From NCBI GenBank assembly GCA_004356985.1, contig SMXQ01000107.1, positions 13,501 through 77,500 on the forward strand: 64,000 nt of DNA, written 5' to 3'. Below the pieces are notes generated by a model that worked only from the letters and a program-made list of their open reading frames with translations, had not been told where the DNA came from and searched no databases. Below are positions 39,126 through 50,186 of the stretch, one piece after another (position 1 is the stretch's first letter; each line of letters opens with the position of its first letter). This DNA is from Alphaproteobacteria bacterium. Its GTDB lineage: Bacteria; Pseudomonadota; Alphaproteobacteria; SMXQ01. The position numbers were made by a program, and so were the translations under genes.

Positions 39126-40520
39126 TCAACGGGGTTCTGCCCCCGCCGCCACCGATGCGGTATCCGCGGCCACGGCGACGCGCAAAAGATAGAACGAGAG
39201 CAGGATCGCGGGGATGCCTGCCGCGGCCGCATACAGGAAGAAGTCGGTGTATCCCGCCCGTTCGACGACGATTCCCGTGAACCCGCCAAGCAGTTTTCCC
39301 GGCAACGTCATCAGCGAGGAAAAGAGCGCGTATTGCGTCGCCGTGTAGGAGACGCTGGTGAGGCTCGAGAGATAGGCGATGAAGACAGAGCCCGCGAGGC
39401 CGCCGGTCAGATTGTCGGCGCTGATGGTGAAGATCAGGAGGCCGACGTCCGGCCGCCCCACCGCGGCCATGACGGCGAAGGGAAGGTTGGTCGCCGCGAC
39501 CAGCACGGCCGCCAGCAACAACGGCCGCATGATGCCGTAGCGGACAACCAGGATGCCGCCCATGAACGCGCCCCCGATGGTCATGAAAAAGCCGAAGAAC
39601 TTGATGATGAGCCCGATCTGCTCCTCGCTGAAACCGATATCGATATAGAAGGGGTAGGCCATCACGCCCATGAGGATATCGCTGATGCGGAACAAACCGA
39701 TGAACACCAGTATGACGGCGGCGATCCAGCCCATGCGGGCGATGAAGTCCACGAAAGGACAGACCATGGCGCCGATGAGCCAGGCCGTGGCCGCGCGCAA
39801 CCGCGGATTCATATGGTCGCTGCGGGCCAGGAAGGCCACCACCCTCTCCTCGCGCCGATGCGCGTCCACGTCGGCCGTCATCGCCGGTTCGCGGATGACG
39901 AATACGGTAACGATACCGACCAGGGTCAAACCGGCAATGCCCTGATAAGCGGCCGGCCAAGACATTCTTCCGGCCATGATGAAGGCGCCGCCGCCGGCGG
40001 CGAGCAGCGCTATGCGATAGCCGAGCTGATAGGCGGCCGCCATGGCGCCTTGGACTTCGCGCGCGGCGATCTCGATGCGGTAGGCGTCGATGGCGATGTC
40101 CTGGGTCGCCGACGAGAAGGCGACGACCAGCGCGAACAGGGCCATTTGGGTCAGGTTCTGCGTCGGATCGGTCGCCGACATGCCGAGGATGCCCAGGCCG
40201 ATGCCGATCATGGCCACGAGCATCCAGCTCCGCCGCTTGCCCATGGCGCGGGTCAAAAACGGCAGCGCCAGGCGGTCCACTACCGGGGCCCAGAAGAACT
40301 TGATCGAATAGGTGATGCCGACCCAACTGAAGAAACCAATGGTGCCGCGGCTGATGTCCTCGCGCGCCAGCCAGCCGGAAAGAGTGGAGAACACCATGAG
40401 AAACGGCAGTCCGGCGGAAAAGCCCAGGAAGAGCATCCCGGCCACCTTGGTGTTTTTGTAAACGAGGAACGATTCGCGCCAGCTTTTCCGTGCCGCGCGG
40501 GCGCCAGGGGCTGCCCTCAT
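39126..40520 (-). CDS. ampG: AmpG-family muropeptide permease (MFS)
   Basis: LFLGFSAGLPFLMVFSTLSGWL is the AmpG signature. The protein is a 12-14 TM MFS transporter. Confidence 0.85.
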   Translation of the reverse strand: MRAAPGARAARKSWRESFLVYKNTKVAGMLFLGFSAGLPFLMVFSTLSGWLAREDISRGTIGFFSWVGITYSIKFFWAPVVDRLALPFLTRAMGKRRSWMLVAMIGIGLGILGMSATDPTQNLTQMALFALVVAFSSATQDIAIDAYRIEIAAREVQGAMAAAYQLGYRIALLAAGGGAFIMAGRMSWPAAYQGIAGLTLVGIVTVFVIREPAMTADVDAHRREERVVAFLARSDHMNPRLRAATAWLIGAMVCPFVDFIARMGWIAAVILVFIGLFRISDILMGVMAYPFYIDIGFSEEQIGLIIKFFGFFMTIGGAFMGGILVVRYGIMRPLLLAAVLVAATNLPFAVMAAVGRPDVGLLIFTISADNLTGGLAGSVFIAYLSSLTSVSYTATQYALFSSLMTLPGKLLGGFTGIVVERAGYTDFFLYAAAAGIPAILLSFYLLRVAVAADTASVAAGAEPR

Positions 40521-41548
40521 GCCAGGCCCAGTTTTTCACCGACCAGGGCCGCCAACGGCACCTCGGGACGGGCACCGTAATGGCCGATCACCTCGGCGGC
40601 GCAGATCGCGCCGAGCCGGCCGCTGTCGTGGAGGTCGCGCCCCTGGGTCAAGCCATGGAGAAACCCGGCGGCGAAGAGATCGCCGGCGCCGGTGGTGTCG
40701 ACGATTTTTGCCACGGGCACGGCGTCGATGACATGGACCTCGTCGCCGGAAATGATGACCGCGCCCTTTTCCGAGCGGGTCAGGGCCGCCACCTGGCAAT
40801 GGCCGCGGACATGCTGCAGGGCTTGGTCGAAGTCGTCCACTTGGTAGAGCGAGATGATCTCGGCCTCGTTGGCGAGCAGGATATCCACATGGCCTTCCAC
40901 CAGTTCCAGGAAATCCAACCGGTGGCGGTCGACGCAGAACGGATCCGAAAGGCTGAGCGCCACCATGTTGCCGGCATCATGGGCGATCCGCGCCGCCTTC
41001 TGGAAGGCCGCCTTGGCCGCCGGCGGGTCCCAAAGGTAGCCCTCGAGATAGGTCACCGAGGCGTCGGCGATGATCGAAGCGTCGATGTCGCCGGGGCCGA
41101 GCTCCGCCGAGACGCCGAGAAAGGTCTGCATGGTGCGCTGGGCGTCGGGGGTGACGAAGATCAGGCAGCGCGCTGTGGGGGGGCCCTCGGACGCGGCCGG
41201 GGTTTGGAAGGCCACGCCCATGGCGGCGATATCGTGGCGGAAAATACCGCCCAGTTGATCGTTGCGCACTTTGCCGACGAAGGCGCCGCGCCCGCCGAGG
41301 GCGGCGAGGCCGACGACGGTATTGGCGGCGGACCCGCCCGAGGATTCGATGCCCGCCCCCATCAGGCCGTACAGCGCCTCGGCCTGGGCCGCGTCGATCA
41401 GGGTCATGGTCCCCTTGTTGAGGCCGTTTTCCCTGAGAAAGGCGTCGTCGGAATGGGCGATCACATCGACGATGGCGTTGCCGATACCGATCACCTCGAA
41501 CCGCCGGCCTTGGATCAAGGCCGGCTCGAATTTCTCGGCCATCGCCAT
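40517..41548 (-). CDS. PfkB-family carbohydrate/nucleoside kinase (adenosine kinase-like)
   Basis: FEVIGIGNAIVDV and TTGAGDLFAAGFL are the PfkB motifs. The start is taken at MAEKFEP. The gene overlaps ampG by 4 bp. Confidence 0.7.
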   Translation of the reverse strand: MAMAEKFEPALIQGRRFEVIGIGNAIVDVIAHSDDAFLRENGLNKGTMTLIDAAQAEALYGLMGAGIESSGGSAANTVVGLAALGGRGAFVGKVRNDQLGGIFRHDIAAMGVAFQTPAASEGPPTARCLIFVTPDAQRTMQTFLGVSAELGPGDIDASIIADASVTYLEGYLWDPPAAKAAFQKAARIAHDAGNMVALSLSDPFCVDRHRLDFLELVEGHVDILLANEAEIISLYQVDDFDQALQHVRGHCQVAALTRSEKGAVIISGDEVHVIDAVPVAKIVDTTGAGDLFAAGFLHGLTQGRDLHDSGRLGAICAAEVIGHYGARPEVPLAALVGEKLGLA

Positions 41549-41689
41549 CCTTCCTTGGTGGTTCGCCCGGAACATCGCCGAGTATACATGGCCCCCATGG
41601 CGGAACAAACCGGACCCGCTTTTGTTGTTTCCGGGCACCGCAAAGAGTATCCTCGGAAAAATTTCGTCATCCCATGGAGGGCCATCGCC

Positions 41690-42295
41690 ATGTTCGGCCG
41701 CGACAAAAGTGATGCTGCCAAAGGTCGGGCTGACGCCGCCGCGGCCGACAAGTCAAAGACCAAGCTGCTGCCCCAACGGGACGCCATGCGGCCGCTAAAC
41801 TTGCACAAGCCCTTGCCGGCCATGCCCCGCATGCCGTCGAACAGCCGCATCGGCGACATCCCTGGCATGACCCCGCCGCGGTCCGAGGGGCGGCCCTACG
41901 GCGTCGAGGGCAAGACCCTGGTGGTGGGCCGCGAAATATCCCTGAACGGTCAAATCGCCGCCTGCGACAAGCTTGTCGTCGAGGGTTCGGTGGAAGCCGA
42001 TTTGGAATGTTGCCGACAGTTGGATATCTCGGCCACGGGCTTTTTCAAGGGTTCCGCGGAGATCGAGGAGGCCGATATATCGGGCCGTTTCGAGGGCCGA
42101 TTGGTGGCCTCCAGACGCCTCAAGGTGCGGGCGACGGCAAATATCGTCGGCTCCATCGAATACGGTCAGATCGAAATCGAGGCCGGCGGAAAAATCTCCG
42201 GCGATGTCCAAGCCCGGCCCCAGGATTCCCAGGAAGGTCCCGAAGCGCCCGAGGCCCCCAAGGTCGAAGACCCGGCCGGCGGCGGCGATTGCTGA
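41690..42295 (+). CDS. bactofilin-family cytoskeletal protein
   Basis: The real gene is the C-terminal 202 aa of the supplied 601-aa ORF, from MFGRDKSD. It has a beta-helical DUF583 core (KTLVVGREISLNGQIAACDKLVVEGSVEADL...) and a disordered acidic C-terminus. Confidence 0.8.
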   Translation: MFGRDKSDAAKGRADAAAADKSKTKLLPQRDAMRPLNLHKPLPAMPRMPSNSRIGDIPGMTPPRSEGRPYGVEGKTLVVGREISLNGQIAACDKLVVEGSVEADLECCRQLDISATGFFKGSAEIEEADISGRFEGRLVASRRLKVRATANIVGSIEYGQIEIEAGGKISGDVQARPQDSQEGPEAPEAPKVEDPAGGGDC

Positions 42296-42311
42296 CCGGC
42301 ACCCCTCCTTG

Positions 42312-42848
42312 ATGAAACCGGTCCATTGGGCGGCCCTCACGGCGGCGCTTCTCGGCGCCTCTTGCGCGGGGCCGGCGGCGGAAACGGGGTCCGGGGCACC
42401 GATGGCGTCCGCCGCCAGCCACCAGGAGACCCCGGCCCAGGCAACCGCCATCGCCAAGACCACCGAACCACGGAACCTGCCGGGGGCCCGGGCGGCGGCG
42501 CCGTCCCCTCCCCGGATCACATCGGCGGCCCTCATGGGCCTCGCCGACAACGCCTTGGCGCGGCTTTTGGGCGCGCCGGGGTTCAAGCGCATCGACGATC
42601 CCGCGGCGCTCTGGCAGTACCGGGGGGCAGGCTGTATTCTCGACGTCTTCCTGTACGCCGACGGGCCGGTTTATCGGGTGGCCCATATAGAATTTCGGCG
42701 GGCCGGGGCCGGCGCGGTGCCCATGGAAGGCAGGGATGGCGAGAAATGCTTTTCCGGCCTCTTTCCCGGGGTCGAGGGGCCCGGGGTCGAGGGGCCCGGG
42801 GTCGAGGGGTCCGGGGTCAAGGGGCCCGGGGCCAAGGGGAAGGGATGA
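42312..42848 (+). CDS. hypothetical lipoprotein with C-terminal GVEGP pentapeptide tandem repeats
   Basis: From ATG 42312 the protein begins MKPVHWAALTAALLGASCAG (lipobox LGASC) and ends GVEGPGVEGPGVEGSGVKGPGAKGKG. I could not recognise any other domain. Confidence 0.5.
   Translation: MKPVHWAALTAALLGASCAGPAAETGSGAPMASAASHQETPAQATAIAKTTEPRNLPGARAAAPSPPRITSAALMGLADNALARLLGAPGFKRIDDPAALWQYRGAGCILDVFLYADGPVYRVAHIEFRRAGAGAVPMEGRDGEKCFSGLFPGVEGPGVEGPGVEGSGVKGPGAKGKG
42766..42840. repeat. five tandem 15-bp repeats (CCGGGGTCGAGGGGC) encoding GVEGP units
   Basis: The units are 42766-42780, 42781-42795, 42796-42810, 42811-42825 and 42826-42840, with progressive degeneration toward the 3' end. Confidence 0.8.
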
Positions 42849-42863
42849 AGGATCGCGGCTGAT

Positions 42864-43961
42864 ATGGCGGACATCGGCCTACAAGACGCCCAGGGGACCA
42901 CGCGCCGCGCCGAGGCGGCGGGCCCTGGCGATTACGCGCTGACCGATCTTTGGTATTACGCCTTGCCGTCCCGCGATCTGGGTCCGGGGGCGCTGGTGCC
43001 CAAAACCATCCTCGGCCGCGACCTGGTTTTCGCCCGGGACAAGGAGGGCACGCCCTTCTGCCTGGCCGATATCTGCCCCCATCGCGGCATGCCGCTCCGT
43101 TTCGGGCGGCTCGAGGGATCGGAACTGGAATGCTGCTATCACGGCTGGCGTTTCACCCCCGACGGCCGTTTGACGGCGATCCCGTCGCTGGCCGAAGGCC
43201 AGGAATTCGACCTTTCGCGCATCAACGTCACCGCCTATCCGTGCCGCGAGGCCCAGGGCAATGTCTGGGTCTGGATCGGCGCGGGAAAGGGTCCCTTCAC
43301 CCCCGACATGGATATCCCGCCCTTGCCCCATGGCGATCTCGGGCCGATCCGCATCTTCGATCGCCAAATCTTTCCCTGCCCGCTGGACCACGCGGTGATG
43401 GGTCTGATGGATCCCGCCCACGGCCCCTACGTCCATGCCTCGTGGTGGTGGCGGCCCAGCAAATCGGCCTATGAAAAAACCAAGGCCTTCGCGCCGTCGG
43501 AGCTCGGCTTCACCATGTGCCGGCATCGGCCGTCGACCAATTCCCGGGGCTACCGGATCCTCGGCGGCGCGCCGGAAACGGAAATATCCTTCCGGCTGCC
43601 CGGGGTGCGGGTGGAGGAGGTCACCGCCGGGCGTCACCGCTTGGTGGCCTTGACCGCGGTCACCCCGATCGGCCCCAACGCCACCGAGGTCAACCAGATC
43701 GTCTATTGGAACATCCCCTGGCTGACCCCGTTTACGCCGCTCCTCAAGCGTTACGCGCAACGCTTCTTGGGCCAGGACCGGGAGATCGTCGCCAAGCAGC
43801 AGATCGGCCTGGCCCATAACCCGCCCATGCGCCTGATCGACGATGCCGACACCCCGGCGAAATGGTATCTGCGCCTCAAATCGGAATTCGCCCGGTCGCG
43901 CGCCGAAGGGCGGCCCTTCGAAAACCCGGTGCCCGAGACCACCCTGCGCTGGCGGAGTTGA
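42864..43961 (+). CDS. Rieske [2Fe-2S] non-heme iron oxygenase, alpha-subunit-only type (VanA/PaO-like)
   Basis: The Rieske motif CPHRG...CCYHGW is followed by a catalytic domain. No reductase or beta subunit gene is adjacent. Confidence 0.75.
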   Translation: MADIGLQDAQGTTRRAEAAGPGDYALTDLWYYALPSRDLGPGALVPKTILGRDLVFARDKEGTPFCLADICPHRGMPLRFGRLEGSELECCYHGWRFTPDGRLTAIPSLAEGQEFDLSRINVTAYPCREAQGNVWVWIGAGKGPFTPDMDIPPLPHGDLGPIRIFDRQIFPCPLDHAVMGLMDPAHGPYVHASWWWRPSKSAYEKTKAFAPSELGFTMCRHRPSTNSRGYRILGGAPETEISFRLPGVRVEEVTAGRHRLVALTAVTPIGPNATEVNQIVYWNIPWLTPFTPLLKRYAQRFLGQDREIVAKQQIGLAHNPPMRLIDDADTPAKWYLRLKSEFARSRAEGRPFENPVPETTLRWRS

Positions 43962-43986
43962 GGCATCCCCCCATAGCGGGGTGCTT

Positions 43987-44633
43987 TTAGACGGTGGTCT
44001 TGCCCTTGAAGGCGCAAAGGTCATTGACCGCGCATTCGGTGCATTTGGGATTGCGCGCGACGCAGGTGTAGCGGCCGTGGAGGATGAGCCAGTGATGGGC
44101 ATGGTCCATCCATTTGGCGGCGATCACCTTCAGCAGCTTCTGCTCCACCGCCAAGGGCGTCTTTCCGGGGGCCAGCCCGGTGCGGTTGGAGACCCTGAAG
44201 ACATGGGTATCGACGGCCATGGTGGGCTCGCCGAAGGCGACGTTGAGCACCACATTGGCGGTCTTGCGCCCAACCCCGGGCAGGGCCTCGAGCGCCGCCC
44301 GGTCCCGGGGCACCTTGCCGCCATGGTCGTGGATCAATTGCCGCGAAAGGGCGATGATGTTCTTACCCTTGGTGTTGTAAAGGCCGATCGACTTGATATG
44401 GCCCTTGAGCCCGTCCAGCCCGAGGGCCACCATGGCTTTAGGCGTGCGCACCTTGGCGAACAGCGCCTTGGTCGCCTTGTTGACGCCGACATCGGTGGCC
44501 TGGGCGGACAGCACCACCGCCACCACCAAGGTATAGGGGTTGTGATAGGCGAGCTCGCTCTCGGGGGCGGGCGCCCGCGCTTTGAGGCGGCGGAAGAATT
44601 CGTCGACATCGGCTTTTTTCATGGCGCCGAACA
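43987..44633 (-). CDS. nth: endonuclease III
   Basis: The HhH-GPD fold is indicated by LVVAVVLSAQATD and LPGVGRKTANVVL, with a C-terminal 4Fe-4S Cys cluster C-x6-C-x2-C-x5-C. The start is taken at MFGAMKK. The longer ORF reads through an upstream repeat element. Confidence 0.9.
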
Positions 44634-44647
44634 TTAGAGCACAATGG

Positions 44648-44670
44648 GACCGATTTGAACCATTTGACGG
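44648..44670. repeat. repeat family copy D (loop-only): GACCGATTTGAACCATTTGACGG
   Basis: It lies 15-35 bp upstream of the nth start codon, in the nth-DMT divergent intergenic region. Confidence 0.5.
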
Positions 44671-44876
44671 CAAGCCGCCGCCGCCGCCGGGGGGCGCGGT
44701 CAAGGGTGCAATGCTTTGACAGGCGCCGAACCGCGCCCTATCAAGAACCATGATCGATGACCGGGAAAAGCCCGCGGCCCAAGCGTCCCTGGGCGGCGGC
44801 GCCAAAGCTTGGGACGGGAACGCCGGGCCCAGCAGCGCCGCGCGGCTGACCCGCGCCGCACGGGAAAACTGAGCCC

Positions 44877-45776
44877 GTGAGCTCCCGCGCGCTTCGCGAT
44901 TACGGGCTGGTGGTCACCCTGTCGCTGATCTGGGGCTCTTCGTTCCTGCTCATCAAGGTCGCCATCGACGAGGTCCCTCCGGTGACCATGGCGGCGGTCC
45001 GCGTGGTGATCGCCTTCGCCGTCCTTTATCTTCTGGTGCGCCTCGGCGGCCAATCCCTGGCGCCGCCCTGGGGGGCCGGCGGCCGGGTCCGATGGGGGCA
45101 TTACCTGGTGATCGGCATGCTCGGCAACGGCATCCCGTTCTCCCTGGTCTCTTGGGGCGAGATCGAGATCACGGCGGCGCTCGCCGCCATCCTGATCGGC
45201 GTGATGCCGGTTTTCACCGTGATTTTCGCCCATGGCTTCGGGGTGGAGCGGGTCACCGGGCCCGGGCGCCTGGCCGGCATCGCCGCCGGCTTGGCCGGCC
45301 TGGTGGTGCTGATGGGACCGGCGGCGTTGACCGAAATGGGCGGCGCCGCGCTCCATGAGCTGGCGCTTATCGGCGCCGCCGCCTGCTACGCCGCCACCGC
45401 CGTCTATGCACGCCGCCTGACCCTGCGCCTGGCCCTGGTGCCGCTGGCCGCCGGCTCCATGGCGGCCAGCGCCATGGTGATGGTGCCCGCCGCCCTGATC
45501 CTGGAAACGCCCTGGCGGCTTTCCCCCGGCCTTGGTGCCGGGAGCGCCGTCGCCGCCCTTGGCGTCATCGCCACCGGCTTCGCCTCGATCATCTATTTCC
45601 GGCTTCTGGCTTCCACCGGGCCGACCTTCGCCGCCACCATCAATTATCTGATCCCGGTGTTTGGCGCGGGGCTTTCCGTGGTGCTGTTAGGCGAGCAGGT
45701 GGGGCCGCGGGAAGTGCTGGCGCTGGTCCTTATCCTGAGCGGCATCGCCCTGGTCAGGAGCCCGCTCAGCCGTTGA
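44877..45776 (+). CDS. DMT-superfamily (EamA-like) transporter
   Basis: 10-TM EamA architecture with two duplicated halves. Confidence 0.75.
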   Translation: MSSRALRDYGLVVTLSLIWGSSFLLIKVAIDEVPPVTMAAVRVVIAFAVLYLLVRLGGQSLAPPWGAGGRVRWGHYLVIGMLGNGIPFSLVSWGEIEITAALAAILIGVMPVFTVIFAHGFGVERVTGPGRLAGIAAGLAGLVVLMGPAALTEMGGAALHELALIGAAACYAATAVYARRLTLRLALVPLAAGSMAASAMVMVPAALILETPWRLSPGLGAGSAVAALGVIATGFASIIYFRLLASTGPTFAATINYLIPVFGAGLSVVLLGEQVGPREVLALVLILSGIALVRSPLSR

Positions 45777-46578
45777 AGCCGAGCACGTCGGCCATGGAAT
45801 AGAGCCCGGCGGGCTTGTCCGCCGCCCACCGGGCGGCGCGCACCGCGCCGCGGGCGAAGATCTCCCGGCCGCCGGCCTTATGGGTGATCTCCAGGCGTTC
45901 GCCGGGGCCCGCGAACACCACGGAGTGTTCGCCCACCACGTCGCCGCCGCGCAAGGACGCGAAGCCGATGGCGCCGCGTTCCCGCGCCCCGGTGATGCCG
46001 TCGCGCCCGCGCTGGGCAACCGCGTCAAGCTCCACCCCGCGCCCCTTGGCCGCGGCCCGCCCCAGGGCCAGCGCCGTGCCCGACGGCGCGTCCACCTTGT
46101 GGCGGTGGTGCATTTCCACCACCTCGATATCGAAATCCGCGTCCAGCAGCCGGGCGGTCTGTTCGACCAGCGCCATGGCCAGGTTGATGCCGACCGAAAA
46201 ATTGGCCGCCTGGACCACGGCGACCGACCGGGCCGCCGCCTCGATCATCGCCTGCTGGTCCGCGTCCAACCCGGTGGTGCCGGTCACCAGAACGGTGACG
46301 TTGTCGGCCGCCAGCGCCCCGTGGGCGGCGGTCGCTTGGGGCGCGGTGAAGTCGAGCACGGCATCGGCGGCGGCGAACAGGGCGCCAGCATCCTCGGTGA
46401 CGGCGACGCCCAGGGCCGCGCCCCCGGCCAGGGTGCCGATATCGGCGCCGAGCGCCCCGTGGCCCGGCATTTCCGTCGCCCCCACCAGGTGGCAGCCCGC
46501 GGCCTCGCCCACCGCGCGGGTGAGCGCCAAGCCCATGCGGCCCGCCGCGCCGACGATTCCTATGGCGAGATCAGCCAT
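45766..46578 (-). CDS. dapB: 4-hydroxy-tetrahydrodipicolinate reductase
   Basis: IGIVGAAGRMG (NAD binding) and EVVEMHHRHKVDAPSGTA (DapB signature) are present. Confidence 0.9.
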   Translation of the reverse strand: MADLAIGIVGAAGRMGLALTRAVGEAAGCHLVGATEMPGHGALGADIGTLAGGAALGVAVTEDAGALFAAADAVLDFTAPQATAAHGALAADNVTVLVTGTTGLDADQQAMIEAAARSVAVVQAANFSVGINLAMALVEQTARLLDADFDIEVVEMHHRHKVDAPSGTALALGRAAAKGRGVELDAVAQRGRDGITGARERGAIGFASLRGGDVVGEHSVVFAGPGERLEITHKAGGREIFARGAVRAARWAADKPAGLYSMADVLGFNG

Positions 46579-46714
46579 GTCTTTCCCTGCCCCGTTGCCC
46601 CCGGTACCGTTCCGGGCGGGGATTTAACCACAGGGGGCCGAATTGGGGGAGAAATTTCCGTGCGCCCGGGTGGCGCCACGGGCGGCGATGAATTGGCGCC
46701 GCGCTCAGGGCGGG

Positions 46715-47875
46715 TCAGTCGCGGTCGGTTTCCGTCAGATCTTCCCAGGCTTCCTTGACCTGGGAAAACAGGCCTTCGGATTCGGGGTTGGTCTTGGCGG
46801 GTTTGGCCGCGCTCTCGAACTCTCTCAACAGCTCTTTCTGGCGCTTGGAGAGCTTCACCGGGGTTTCCACAATGGCGCGGATATACATATCGCCCCGCGC
46901 CGCCGAACGCATCACCGACATGCCCTTGCCCCGGAGCCGGAACTGGTGGCCCGACTGGGTCCCGTCGGGGATCGTCACCCGGGCCCGCCCGCCGTCGACC
47001 GTGGGCACTTCTATGGTGCCGCCCAGCGCCGCCTTGGTCATGGGGATCGGCACCCGCATGTAGATATTGGCGCCGTCACGCTGGAAATGGCGGTGGGACG
47101 CGATGGTGAGGAAGATGTAGAGATCCCCCGCCGGCGCGCCGCGCAGGCCGGCCTCGCCCTCGCCCGTAAGGCGGATGCGGGTGCCGTCCTCGACCCCGGC
47201 CGGAATGGTGACCGAGAGCGTCTTCTCCTTCTGCACCCGGCCGCTGCCGTGACAGTTGGTGCAGGGCTTGTCGATCACCTGGCCCTGGCCGTGGCAATTG
47301 GCGCAGGTTCTCTCGATGGTGAAGAAACCCTGCTGGGCGCGGACCCGGCCGCGGCCCTGGCAGGTGGGACAGGTGACCGGGTGCGAGCCCTTGGCGGCGC
47401 CGCTGCCGCCGCACCGGCCACACGCCGCGGCCGAGGGCACGCGGATGGTCGCCTGCTTGCCGGCGAAGGCCTCCTCCAAGCTGACTTCCATGTTGTAGCG
47501 GAGGTCGGAACCGCGGGTGTTCTGCCGCGCCGCGCCGCGGTTGCGCGCGCCGGTGAAATCGCCGAACATCTCGTCGAAGATATCGGCGAACCCGCCGCCG
47601 AAATTGAAACCGGAATCGCCCGGCCCGGCGCCCGGCCCGGCGCCGCTGCCGTCGAAGGCGGCATGGCCGAAGCGGTCATAGGCGGCGCGTTTTTCCTCGT
47701 CGCTGAGGACGTCGTAGGCTTCGCTGAGTTCCTTGAACTTCTGCTCCGCCGCCTTGTCGCCGGCGTTGCGGTCGGGATGGTACTTCATGGCAAGCTTACG
47801 GTAAGCCGACTTGATGTCGCCGGCCTTGGCGGACCGGTTCACATCAAGGGTTTCGTAAAAATCTTGCTTATCCAT
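46715..47875 (-). CDS. dnaJ: molecular chaperone DnaJ
   Basis: A J-domain with HPDRN, a G/F region, four CxxCxGxG zinc-finger repeats and a C-terminal domain. Confidence 0.95.
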   Translation of the reverse strand: MDKQDFYETLDVNRSAKAGDIKSAYRKLAMKYHPDRNAGDKAAEQKFKELSEAYDVLSDEEKRAAYDRFGHAAFDGSGAGPGAGPGDSGFNFGGGFADIFDEMFGDFTGARNRGAARQNTRGSDLRYNMEVSLEEAFAGKQATIRVPSAAACGRCGGSGAAKGSHPVTCPTCQGRGRVRAQQGFFTIERTCANCHGQGQVIDKPCTNCHGSGRVQKEKTLSVTIPAGVEDGTRIRLTGEGEAGLRGAPAGDLYIFLTIASHRHFQRDGANIYMRVPIPMTKAALGGTIEVPTVDGGRARVTIPDGTQSGHQFRLRGKGMSVMRSAARGDMYIRAIVETPVKLSKRQKELLREFESAAKPAKTNPESEGLFSQVKEAWEDLTETDRD

Positions 47876-47963
47876 GGGCTTCCCCGGCCGGCGGTGTCCC
47901 GAAGCTACCCCACCCGGGCCAGGCCAGGGCGGTGGCGGAACGGGGTTTCACGTCCAACCACCG

Positions 47964-49937
<1,974 letters not shown>

Positions 49938-50053
49938 GGTTCTTCACTATCCTTTCTCGAGCGGATGCCCCGGGCCCTGAACGGCGCCTCATGAGACCCT
50001 CGATGTCCTTGACCCCGGCCTTGACCAAGGCCCTGGGCGGAAAATCTCAAAGC

Positions 50054-50061
50054 TATATGGG
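50054..50061 (-). promoter_or_regulatory. putative sigma-32-type -10 element (CCCCATAT) upstream of dnaK
   Basis: The minus strand reads ...GGTTGTAGggccccgcccgcctCCCCATATA about 115 bp upstream of the dnaK ATG. The -10 matches the RpoH consensus CCCCATNT, but the -35 is weak. Confidence 0.3.
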
Positions 50062-50186
50062 GAGGCGGGCGGGGCCCTACAACCGTCCAACGGCCAAGTA
50101 TCGCCAAAAAAATTGGGGCGATTAAATTCCCGCGCCGGGCCCGGGGGGCCGTGAGCCGGGGCCGGGAATGGCGCCGCGCCCGGATT

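Noticed and set aside
40490-42295. 601-aa ORF on the plus strand across the adoK region
   Set aside because: Only the last 202 aa (the bactofilin, from ATG 41690) are real. The rest is antisense to the PfkB kinase gene.
42766-42840. CRISPR-like array
   Set aside because: The 15-bp units are contiguous with no spacers and lie in frame within a lipoprotein gene. They form a coding tandem repeat, not a CRISPR array. No cas genes are present.
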